From: Owenia fusiformis
Lineage: Eukaryota
NCBI GenBank assembly: GCA_903813345.2
Contig: CAIIXF020000001.1
Coordinates: 20,522,001 to 20,586,000, forward strand
DNA: 64,000 nucleotides
Reading direction: 5' to 3'
In this document: positions 1 through 13,000 of the stretch, one piece after another
How positions within the stretch are numbered: position 1 is the stretch's first letter
Layout: every line of letters begins with the position of its first letter
Made by a program: the position numbers and the translations under genes
Notes under the pieces: model-generated
What the model was told of the DNA's origin: nothing
The model's database searches: none
What the model saw: the letters and a program-made list of their open reading frames with translations, nothing else

Positions 1-1085
1 CTACAAGTTCTCAAAAGTTCAACTCTGGCTTAGATTTGAGATTTCACTTTCAATGACCTTCTCCAAATTGATCAATTTATTTTTTCAAAATCATCTACAA
101 GTTTTCAGAAATTCAAAGCTAACTCATGATATCTAGGTGGTGACATTTTGTCATGTTAATGCCTTGTTTTTAACTGAGATAACATAGTTCCGCTTTGCAA
201 GGTTGCCTTCGAATGGCTTCCTTATCTGATTGTTTGACGGTAAGTGATGACCTTTAGGCAGTTTTACAACTCCCATATATCATTAACATGACCAGATCAC
301 ATTGGTCATTGGTCATGGTCATGGTCAGAATGACCCTTAACATGATGTACTAGCATTTTCAGCCCTCTGAAAATGTGACTGAAAAATTTGTTAAAAGATG
401 GACTTTTGGAAAGGTCACCGCACAGAATCTTTTGAATTTTTCAAAAAATGAGCCCAACATGCAGTTGCTTAAAAAGATAGGAGCTTTGCAGCTTTGAATT
501 TGTTCCTAGAAATAGAGAAAATGAAAAAAAACTGTTTTGAAAAGTGATCCATTTTCCTTTTTATGACCACATCTTTTTGTATCAGAATGATTTTTCAAAA
601 TTTCAAAGCTCCTATCATTTGGAGCAAAAATCCAAATGTTTTGTTGAGAGACATTTCCGAAAGGCCAAAGGGTCACAAAGGCATGGTTAGATTTTGCATT
701 TAACTGTTACCACCAGAAGTGCTGACATATTGTTATAGTCTCCAACTTTTGGTGGACGGTGTTCGCCAGTCAGCATTACATGTTAGGCAACTGTAACAAA
801 TTACAAGGTGGCATTATTTTGTCATGTTAATGCCTTGTCATATGTATTGATTAAAGGATTAAACTAAACAATCACTTATAGTACTCTGAGATTTTAGTGA
901 TCAATTCTTATGTAGCATTCAACAAAAATTTCTGAGTTTTGTTACCAGAATAAGAATAGCTGCTGCCCCGGCTCTGATCTAAGTTAAAACATTGATAGTC
1001 CCAACTCATCAGAGCCAGGGCAGCCCATCTAAGCTCCATCTGTCCTGTAGATCAAACTAATGGTATATGGTATTGTGTATTTCAG

Positions 1086-4000
1086 ACAGAACAAGAAAGC
1101 TCATAGTGAAGTGATATCAACCTTACACAACTTGAACAAGGCAATTGAGTCTACCAAGGCAAATCCAAGTCTCACAAAGGCAGAGAAAGAAGCTCACATT
1201 AAAGAGCTACAGAAGGATGTTGAAGAGGTAGTTACTATTTTTACAAATGTATCAATTAACAATAAAACACCAGGGGATAGGAATTTTTTAACATACTTTT
1301 AAAATAATATTTTATAATGCAAGTCATCAAGACAATACACTACTGGAGCATGTTGGAATCTTCAGAAACTTAAAGGAACATTCTTTGCTAGACTATTTCT
1401 CTCCTGATATGGTAGCTACAATCATATATATACTTTACATATTTAGCAAAACACGGGAAAATGTTTTCATATGGTCAATATTGATCATTTAAAAATGTAG
1501 TACTCATTCCCAGTAAGCTGCCATCTTTTCAGATTTCTTTCAGGAAGTGATGTCATCGACTCTCACCTGTCATAACCTTGTCTATTACAGTATAGGAAAG
1601 AAGTACAAAATCACTTCTAAACAAGAAGCCCTTATCTTCTGTGTAAAAATATTTTCAGGAGTTGTCAACTTAGAACTAAAGAAGAGATCATCAAAAGGAT
1701 TTTAATCATAGACCAAATTGAAAAAAAATATTCAGCTGGTTTATTAATTCTAATAGCTCCTTACCTAATGTTATATGCAAAGTTGAGAGTCGATGACATC
1801 ACTTCCTGAGTAAAATTTTAAAAGATGGCAGCTTACTGGAATTGAGCACTACATTTTTAGTGATCAATATTGACCATTTCAAAACATTTTCCTGTTTTTT
1901 GATAAACTTGCAAAGTATGTATTATACAAATAGTGACTGCCATTGAGGACAATAGTGTAAATTATTTCCCCGAGGGAATATCCTCTACAATGTACTATTG
2001 TAGAGGATATTCCCAAGGAGAAATCATTTACACTATTGCTCGAAATTAGGCAGTCACTATTTGTTTTATTATATACCCTATACTGACTCTTGTCCCGTTT
2101 CCTCTGCGAAGGCCAAAAAGGCTTAGAAAGCCCCCTCCCCGGGTCCATTGTTAGCATTATAAGCTGTGACGTCATCAGATGCTCAACAGAAATTTTTGCC
2201 TCTGAGACTCTCACTTGACAAATTCAATCGCGTTTAACATGCGGAATAGATTATCATAGCACTTGAAATTACACAGACGTATTGAGCTTAGGGAACTTTA
2301 TACGCGTTGCTTATATTGTATCGTTCACGCACGTCTGTCATGGTGAACGGAGTTGATTTGTGTTTGTGCTCATCCTCCATTTTTCTGTTTTTCGTCTGTG
2401 CAGTGATGATGCGCAGACGTTTCCAAGGGTAATAGAAGTTGCAATCGTGACGTCAGCGGGCAATAGTTCAAATGTATATTCCCGCTGACGTCACATTTGA
2501 GGGAATATAACTTTCCGAGGGAAATAGTAAATCCATTTCAGAACATGTGACTAGGTATTGACCAATCAGGATTAGTGTTACATATTGGGTATATAATAAA
2601 TGGTTATAGCTACCATATTAGGAGAGAGATGGTCTGGCAAGGAATACCCCTTTAACAATGTGGGGGACCTTTGTGAAACTGGAATCTGAAGTTCTTCGCC
2701 TCATGAGAAGTTATTGGACTTCTCGTGGCATATGGGACATTGCCCTATTGCAAGGAATGCCTTAGGGCTGGTCATCTGGTCATTACCAGGTTACTTTTAA
2801 TAATGAACAGTTGATTTTTTATTTACACAAGGTAAAATAAAATAGAATTGCAACTGGTTTGTGGTGCCATTTAAACCAGCAGCTCTCAGATCCTTGGGGC
2901 ATACATTGGTGTAAGTTGGGCTTAACTTGGTTAATATCCATTAAATCTTTAACAAGTCCAAGTACTATATAAATCATCATCCTATTCAGTGATCTACCCA
3001 GGATTTTTTCTCAGGTGGGTGCAAGATTCTCATTTTCACAATTAAGACCAAAATTGGTCAAAATATGCCAGTTTTACTCATTTTCAAGTGTGTGCAAATG
3101 AATTTTGAGGTGGGTGCATGCCTGTTTTCAAAATCTCAGGTGGGTGCTGCGCCCACTTGGTTTAATGCTTGGGAGATCACTGCTATTGTTCATCAACAAG
3201 TGCCTTTATTGAATCATCATTAAGTACGAACTCCTGTGCAGTGATATATCACTGCGGCGGGCAGGTATCTCATCGTAAGCATGGTAACTTCGTAATAAAC
3301 AACTGACGTGATTGGTTTTAGTCCCATGCTCAGGTCGCGTGATTGTAAAATGTAGACAATTTCATTGGTTGAATTGCGCGTATTAACTAATAAACAACAC
3401 GTGCGGTAAACTATTATCAACAAATCTTTTACTCAGAATTCCTTCCGCGGTGATTTCTTCTCATATTTCAATAATTTTGAAATATTTTGACAAAATAATG
3501 ATTGATGAACATAAAAGAACATATATTTTATAAGTTGTATGAAAATCAAGTACATCTGTGACTATCTTCTGGGACTATCTTCCCCAAATTTTGGGGATTC
3601 CATAATCTGCCCGCCGCAGTGTCTATACCGAGACACTGCATGGGAGTTCGCATTAAGTACTGTTGTTGTAGGCTGGGGGCATTGCAGTGTATCAAGTGGC
3701 CTCTAAGAGAGGAGAAAGCAAGCATGGGAGTTTCAACTCTGCAAAATGGGTTGTCAAGACACTGAAGAAACACAAAGTGAAACCTGCTTCAGTTGAGGTA
3801 AGAGTACTGGCATATCATCTCAAGTGTTTAAACAATTAATACTATACATGTAGTAATGTGGTGATTAAGATGTTTTTATATCCAATTCTAGAAGCAGTTT
3901 TATGGTAGAGGAAAATTTCAGAAAATGGTTGTTTGACATTACATTTAAAGGCACTTTACTTAAAGGCCCTATGTAAAGGGCCTAAGTCCATAGGTCTGAT

Positions 4001-7000
4001 TAAAATTCAAAGTATGCATAGAAAATGAAATTAACGGGTTTTGTAACATTTATTTGATCTATTTATTTATCTTAAGCAGCTTACCTTATTTTAATCTATC
4101 TATTGATCTATTTATTTGATCTATCTATTTATTTGATCTATTTATTGATTTATTTGATCATTTATTTGTAAATTGCTTTAATTAGGCGCTATTTAATTTG
4201 GCGGATAGGGCTTTTGAAATTTTGCCTGCTATTTAATTTTGCAGATTGACTCAACAGTAAAATATGGATATTGTAGGGCTAGCTAGTAATTCATGTGGGT
4301 TACGCTTGAGTGACACTGCAACAGGGAGGTTTTCCTTCATATATGAGCTAAAATGTAAAAAATGAGGTTACAATTAAAATATTGAAAGAATTCTCAATGA
4401 GACTTAAGGTCCCGGGGACTTTTTCAAAAAATTGGGGGAGACTTAATTTGGTAGTTCTTATCTATCCGCTTAATTAGCCAAATTAAAACGGCCGTCAAAT
4501 TAAAGCAATTTACAGTATCCAATAGATAACAGTTTATATTGTTATACTTTATATTCATTAAATCTAATCTTTTGTTGCTTAAATGGCAGGAAGTTCAAAT
4601 GTTTCTAAAATGTTCAATCAAAAGCATGAGAAATAAGTCATGTATTGTTTACATTGGAATCCTTGCCAGATTAGATAATTCTGCAACCAAGGAAGGTCAT
4701 CGACTTATATGGTTCCTTTCCTCTCAACTCTGCTATCTTTGGTCTTAAAAGAATTCTCTCCAGATAGGCCTTCAACAGAGGGTATGGATCAAGGATTGTC
4801 GAATCTACTGCCAGACATGTGTCTAGGAAGTCGGCTATTTTGTAATCAGCAAAGGAAATCTTGTCTCCCACTAGAAATCCTGTTCCACCATTATTTTTCT
4901 TCAGTTCATTCTAAGATAGAAAGTTATATTTGGTAAGATTGCCTGTCTGATGCTGTGTGAAAACCAATAGTTTTCAGCTTAGCATGTACATGTAGCATGT
5001 ATGGTTTAAATTTGGAGTCAGTTAGAGAAAATAAATATGGGGCCAAAAAGTTGCATTGAGAGTTATCTGGATTAGAAATATGTTCAGCAAATACAGGTGT
5101 TTTACTCTTTTAAAAAACCTTATATAGAGAAATATTTCATTAATTTGTGAATATATCATCTAAAACTCACCTCCAGAGGTCTGAGGTTATCTGGGAGGAT
5201 GAACCTCACCAGCTTTTCTCTCTGGGTAGCATGCTATAAAAGCAAATTTAATTAAATTCAATAAATTCATGAAAGATATATGATTCTCAAGTAGTCTCAG
5301 AAATTGATGTAACAGTCCAGTCCTGGTGACTGGCTTTGATGTGAACTTACTTTTGTTTAGACTAAGTCTTTTAGATATATTTTGAACACTTCTAAACAAG
5401 CTTTTTATGTCACCACCTAAAGGTGGTGACATATTGTTATGGTCTCTGTTTTTTGACGGCGGTTGGTTGTAATACAAGACTTATAAAACATTTATTTAAA
5501 ATGTTATTTAACATGATATTATGGCACCCACACATGCATACACCATTTTGATTCTAAAAGAATCCATGCTGAGGCAAAGAACAGAAGGTATAAGCACAAG
5601 GCCAAAACAGTATAGCACTTGTGATAAAAATAGTTGAAATGAAGTAGATGGACCATAATAATGTATGATCACATATGTTAAATTTGCAAGGTATGAAGGT
5701 GTGTGTGTTTTTGAGTATCTAGATTGATGCACAAACCTTTGGTACCTAATCTAGATGAGTAAGTGCTTATCACTGATTATGACTATACTGTGTGTAATAT
5801 TAGATTGAACGTCATCAATAATGTAAGACAAAATCCTATATTTTAACACAATCAGTAAACAAATACAACCTTAGTGTTTAATGTCTTTAGTAACAGGCAC
5901 ATACGTTATCCTTCCCTTAACACTGAATATTTCATCCAGATACGGTAACCTTATTTTGATCAAGTAATATCATATTCAGATCATAGATAGATTGAATATG
6001 TACTTACATAGTCACTATAACCCCTAACATATATCTGCTCCCTCCCTTCGCTCTCATGCTCAATTAGAATATCTATCTGGGTAACATCATCTTCAGTTGT
6101 ACCATACAGGTCATACTTCCTGGCCAGATAGCGCAAGATGGCATTGGTCTGTGATATCACTGGGCCCTCTGGGGTCTTGAGCACAGGTAACACATTGAAT
6201 GGCTGGAGTATAAAAACTTTCAACATTGACCTGTATGATTTCAAATGACCCCACTGCTTTGAATGTTTGCACAGGTTCAATGTGTTAAAGAAACAGGCAA
6301 TGCTTCTTTAAAAAATAGTATCAAATAGTTACGAAATGAAACATTTTTTTACATTTGACAAATTATTGTTAATCCAGCTAATTAATAGGAACATATTGAT
6401 CACATTGACAACAGTCCAGGGAAAGTGGGGAAATTTATATAATTCAATAAAAAGAATTCAAAAAAATGATCTACATGGTTCAGACTCAAAATATATGTTG
6501 TATGTGGGTATCATTATATTTGATCTTTCATTTGATATAAAGTACGTTTTTAAATGATCAATCAAAACATTTTCCTGTGTTTTGATCAATAGGGAAAATA
6601 AATGCATATGATTATAGCTAACATATCGGGAGGGAAATGGTCTGGCAAGTATTGTCCATTGAGGAATTGACCAGTAGTGTGCATTTTGAAAACCCGAGAT
6701 TACCTAAGGAATGAAGTTTTTTTTAGTAGAGGTCTGAAAAGAGAATGTTATACTCAATCTTATAACATTTAGAATTGAACTATAATTCAAAATAAGATCA
6801 CCAAAATATATTACAAAAACTCTTGCACAAAATACTTCTATGGTTTATTACATGGACAACTCTGATCCTGACGAGCATGCTCACTATTTCTTATATCAAT
6901 GATATCATCCATACACTACAGTGTTTATAATAAGATCAAGGTTCAAGATTAAGCTAAAAAAGTACAATTTGTTTAAACATCTGACCAGGCCATTGAGGCC

Positions 7001-10000
7001 AACCTGTCTCAAGTGGATCAAAAACATGATAAACTAGATTGGTGAAATTGAACAAGTTCAATTCAAGACTCCAGATTCCATTTTTTATTTATAAAATGAT
7101 TTTGACATCTGATATAAATGAGAAAGTGAAATTTAAAGAAAATATTTATGTTCGTCACAACTTTAAAAGCAAAATTTGATCAATAGTTAGGTAATCTCAA
7201 AATAAACAAAATTGACCTAGATTTTGACCTTGACCCTTAGCAATCAAAATTTTACTGAATTTTTGATGATTCGCTATTGATTACCATTGACTTAACATCA
7301 GGCTGCTACATTGGTGGCACGGCGGTAGGAATTTTTGGGGATTTCAAAAAGCCATAGCTCCTGAACCAGATTTTTGATTTCAATTTTGTTTTCAGATTCG
7401 GAATCCTGAGAAAATTTCCTATTAAATTCTGATTTTGATCTCTGATATTATAGAAAAATGAGAAAATTATCGGTTCCGTAGACATGACATCAGGGTACCA
7501 TCATATCATTTTTTGAAATTTCAAAGTATGTTTACTCCTGAACCGGAAGTCATATCACAATTTTGTTTGAAGTCAAATTTCTCAAAACTGATAATTTTTT
7601 TATCATGACATATAGAAAATGATTTATTAAAAGAAATATCCAAAGATAAATAAGAAAATTGAAAATTTGTGAAATTAGAAAAATTGACCTAGAATTTGGA
7701 CTTTGACCTAGATAAAAAATTGACCTAATTTCCCAGAAACTAGGTCACATACCCTAACTGACTATGTAATTAGATTTACCCTAAACCTTCTAGTTATTGA
7801 GAAATCGTGCTAATAAGAATAAGAGCTAGACTGGGGAAATTGAACAAGTTCAATTTCAGACTCCAGATGACAGATTTTTTTTAGTTGATAGATTAGATAG
7901 ATAGAGATTAGATTAGATAGATAGGTAAGGAACATCAATTATCGAATTGATAAATAGATAAATACCGTATTATCGCCTATTGGCGCACAGTGCGCTTGTG
8001 AAATTGAGGTGAAATACCATGGAATTGGAGAGAAATCAATCAAATAAAGTCCCAATAAGCGCACATATAAGTTATTATTTTGATTGGGCGATAATATGTG
8101 AAAATCAGAATTCGAAGCCTGGTTTGAAATCAATATTATCTTACTTACTGTTTTTTCACGCCAAATCATGTCTTGTGTCGTTTATTTACCATAATATCAC
8201 GTTTTTAAAGGACCAACTATTGGTAAAATAAAGAAATATTGCGACATTTATCAGGTAAAGTTTTGACTTTTATTTTATCGTCATAATAACTACCACGCAT
8301 CAAAGTTTGCGCAGACTGGAAGTTGGATTTTCCTACCCGGAAATGAAATTTTGTGAGTTAGAAAATCGTCATTCTGTAAGTTTTCCTACTCTTTTGCTCT
8401 GATCACAAATGTTTGTCATGTTTCCAAAGTCGCATGTGCGCTTATAGGGGAGTGTGCGCCAATAGGCGATAATACGGTAGATCAATTTTCAATATTTTTT
8501 AGCTCACATGGTGAGCTTTTGCAATCGCTCACTTGTCCGTCTGTCTGTCCGTCCGTCCGTCCGTCTGTCCGTCCGTCAACAATAGTGGCACGTTTTAAAA
8601 CCTCTGTCGATAGGATTCCTGTTTTAAGTTATTTCTGTTCAACATCAATACAGAAAACTCCCCTATGACTCCTGGTTCAAAAGCTCGCCTATTTTCAAAA
8701 TGGCCGCCATTTTTGTCTCGCGAAATTCACTTTTGACTGGCATGTTTTAAAACCTCTGTCGATAGGATTCCTGTTTTAAGTTATTTCTGTTCAACATCAA
8801 TACAGAAAACTCCCCTATGACTCCTGGTTCAAAATCTCGCTTATTTTCAAAATGGCCACCATTTTTGTCTCGCGAAATTCACTTTTGACCCATTTCCTAG
8901 CTTTACAAATAATTTCAGGTGTCCTACATTGTAAAAATCTGTGTCAATGTAAAGAGTAGATATATGAAATAATTTTGTTACAAAAAATCAGCGAAAAATT
9001 ATATCTATTTTTTTATTTTCAGCCATTTTAGTTAACATTGATTTGTCCATCTGACTTGTGAAATCCACTTTTCCGTCAACAACAGTGGCACGTTTTAAAA
9101 CCTCTGTCGATAGGATTCCTGTTTTAAGTTATTTCTGTTCAACATCAATACAGAAAACTCCCCTATGACTCCTGGCTCAAAAGCTCGCCTATTTTCAAAA
9201 TGGCCACCATTTTTGTCTCGCGAAATTCACTTTTGACCTATTTCCTAGCTTTACAAATAATTACAAGTGTCCTACATTGTAAGAATCCATGTCTATGTAA
9301 AGAGTAGATGTATGAAATAATTTTGTTACGAAAAATCAGCAAAAAATTATATCCATTTTTTTTATTTTCAGCCACTTTAGTTAACATTGATTTGTCCATC
9401 TGTCTCGCAAAATCCACTTTTGGACCATTTGCCTTAAACCCTCTGTCGATAGGATTCCTGTTTTAAGTTAATTTTGTTCAACATCAATACAAAAAACTCT
9501 CCTATGACTCTTGGTTCAAAAGCTCGCCTATTTTCAAAATGGTCACCATTCTTGTCTCGCGAAATTCACTTTTGGCCCATTTCCTAGCTTTACAAATAAT
9601 TTCAGCTGTCCTGCATTGTAAAAAGCCATTTCACTGTAAAGAGTAGTTGTATGAAATAATTTTGTTACAAAAAGTCGGCAAAATATTATATCAGGTTTTT
9701 TTATTTTCAGCCATTTTAGTTAAAATTGATTCGTCCATCTGTCTCTCAGTCAGTCCAAAAAAGTGGCAAGTTTTAAACCTCTGTCAACACTTTTTAAATC
9801 CTCTGTAGATAGGATTCCCGATTTAAAATAATTTTGTTCAACATCAATAAAGAAAAAAAAACCTGTGACTCCTGCTTCAAAATCTCGCCTAATTTCAAAA
9901 TGGCCACCATTTTTGTCTCGGGAAATTCACTTTTGGCCCATTTCCTAGCTTTACAAATAAGTTCAGGTGTCCTGCATTGTAAAAAGCCATGTCTTTGTGT

Positions 10001-13000
10001 GAACGACCGAACGACTAGATTTGTGGTGTACGTCAATTTATTCACTTTACAGAGCCAGAGGGGCTAGAAACAAATCATAACAAGCAATTACAATATAATA
10101 ATAACATTGCATGAAATGGCATTGGCAAGGCTTATCAATATTACAGTACGAAATGGCATTGGCAAGGCTTATCAATATTACAGTACGAAATGGCATTGGC
10201 AAGTTTATTTGAAACACAATCTAATTTGACTATTTTACATTTGACAACATGAATGCTAACTTAATTGAATGTTTGGCATGTTAACTTACAGAACTGGCTC
10301 TTGCTTTGAGCTTGAGGGAAATGTGGGAACCAATGGTGGTGAATCTGTGGCCTAACACACTGCCTGAATAAAAATTACAATACATTTCTAAGTTGACAAA
10401 AATACCATAAATGATTGGTAAAATATCAGAAATATGTGTTGTATTTAATCAAGTAATATCTAATAAAGCATATAAAAGTAAAATAAAGAGTGGATGGCTT
10501 ACCAATATGAATGATTGTGGATGATTTTGTAGATTTTCTGGAGAGGTAAAAATATATATGTGGCTATTGTAGTGACTGTAAGCAAGAGGAAGTTGCACAT
10601 TTATGTGCCAGCTATTTATGTGAATTGAAACATGAAATCTATATAGTGCCATCTATAAATGCAACTATAAACTTTAAAGTGCAGTTGGTCACATCCACGC
10701 GGACAACGTTGACAGACCATCACAGTTAAATATTACTTTGTTTTTATGACCAAAAGTGTACATGGTTATACAATTCTAAAGTTAAATGTTAATGAATTCT
10801 GAGAATTATGCCTTTAAAACATATGCCATTAAAAGTAATGCTTTTTACATAAATGAATGCCAAAATAATGCCTTAATATGCCATTTTACATTTTAATACA
10901 AAATGTGTTGCCATTTACTGGCTTTTTAGCCCAAAATGTACACCCCAAAATACAAAAATACCTTAACTATGTGCAACTATGTACATACCGGCGCGCAAAA
11001 CACTATTGCTTCAGAATATATTTGTGGTTTTAGGCCACTTATGAAATTGAAATACATTAAGAGCAAGTTGTGTTATCGTAATATGTAATTCATACACTTT
11101 TTATGTGCATTTTAATTGGTTTATAATATCATACACTTTATATGTGCATTTTTAAGATCATTAATTCAAAAATGGGCTTACATGTATAAGTGATCCATAT
11201 TTGTAATTAGTTATATTAGGCAACACAATAATAGTAATATTAATGTAAAAACTCCTACATTACCGACCAATTAAGATAAGTAATTATACTGTCTACCGAC
11301 CAATTAAGGCAAGTAATTTTACTAACATAACCGACCAATTAAGGCAAGTAATTTTACTGATATATCTTCTCATACAATTAATACTATGTATATGTTAACC
11401 TATCAGGCTTTTGTCTTATTCTTGTTGACCTTCGCAGAGCGGATGGGTCCTCCTCCTCCCTCTGATTTTTTGAAAAAAGTAAAATTTCAAAACTGCCATC
11501 AGAACTAGAGTCATCACTGTCACTTTCAGAAGTTGTAGATTCATTTCCACTAGATACTTCATGGTCAACGTCATCAGAATCCGAAGTATCGTCATTAGAT
11601 GTAGCATACAACTTCAAGTTCTTTAAATTCACAACCTGAGTATCCAGTCTGAGTATCTCCTCATCTTGCTGTTTCTTTTCCCTTTGCAGCCTCATGTACG
11701 CCTCTTTGTATTTGTCCTCACTTGTTGGTGTAGCCATCCTTATGTGCGTATTGTACTCAATTTGTACCAATAAAGTATGATAGTAGTATACATACAACTA
11801 ACCTATTTTTGTAACACCAGGTATAAGTTTAAAGATGTGTAAAATAATTTGAAACACCCTAGAGTTAAAGTATAACTATATATTAACAGAGTTAAAAATC
11901 TGCAACACCTGGTATAAGTTTATAATTGTATGAAATAAATAGGGACACCCTGTAGCAATAAGGATTGTAAGTGTATCTCTAATATAAACAGAGTTGGAAA
12001 TGTGTAACACCAGGTAAGCTGTATGAAATAAATTGGAACACCCTGTAGCAATAAATATTGTAAGTGTATCTCTAATATAATCAGAGTTGGAAATGTGTAG
12101 CACCAGGTGAGCTGTATGAAATAAATTGGAACACCCTGTAGCAATAAATATTGTAAGTGTATCTCTAATATAAACAGAGTTGGAAATTTTAGGACACCCT
12201 GTATTTGTTGAGTAAAATCAAATTTGAGTAATCTTCTACAAGGTTTTTTTATGTTTGGGCAACCTGAGCCTAACTATGAAACCTAACCTAGCCTAAGTGA
12301 AAAAATTTTGATCACCTTGTGTTACCTTGAAGCTAATATTTAAAAACTACCCTGTACTTGAGATGATTTGATTTTTACACTAATACCGGCATGACACAGT
12401 TGCACATGTAAGGTTTACAATAACACTGGGGTACTTCATACACAAATACCTGCTTAAAATATACCTGGTCAGCAGTACATATATGCAAGACGATATAATA
12501 CCTGTATGTACTTTAATATGAATTCAATAAATGGGGATAAACTGAAGTTCAATTATCAATGCACACTGAATCAGCAAGAATTAATACAGCTGTGTAGTAC
12601 AGTGTCAATGTTTCTCAACCTGCAATCAGCTGATTTAGAACTTGGATAACTATCAGTTCAGTTGATCATAATTGTCGAATATCAAGAGTCAATAATGTAC
12701 ATGTGAATTTTCACCTTTTCAACCTAATTGTTAAATTGCTGAATATCAGAGTTCATGTGAATATCAATGTTCATGTACATTTTCACCTTTTCAACTTTAA
12801 AAATTGAATATCAGAGTTCATGTGAATATCAATGTTCATGTACATTTTCACCTTTTCAACTTTAAAAATTGAATATCAGAGTTCATGTAAATATCAATGT
12901 TCAACCTAATTGTTGAATTGCTGAATATCAGATCAGAGTTCATGTGAATATCAATGCTCAACCTAATTGTTGAATTGCTGAATATCAGAGTTCATGTGGA

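Noticed and set aside
213-239. Candidate first exon of Bmt2 (ATG...ACG/gtaagt)
   Set aside because: It ends in phase 0, but the exon at 1086 needs phase 2; splicing them gives an early stop.
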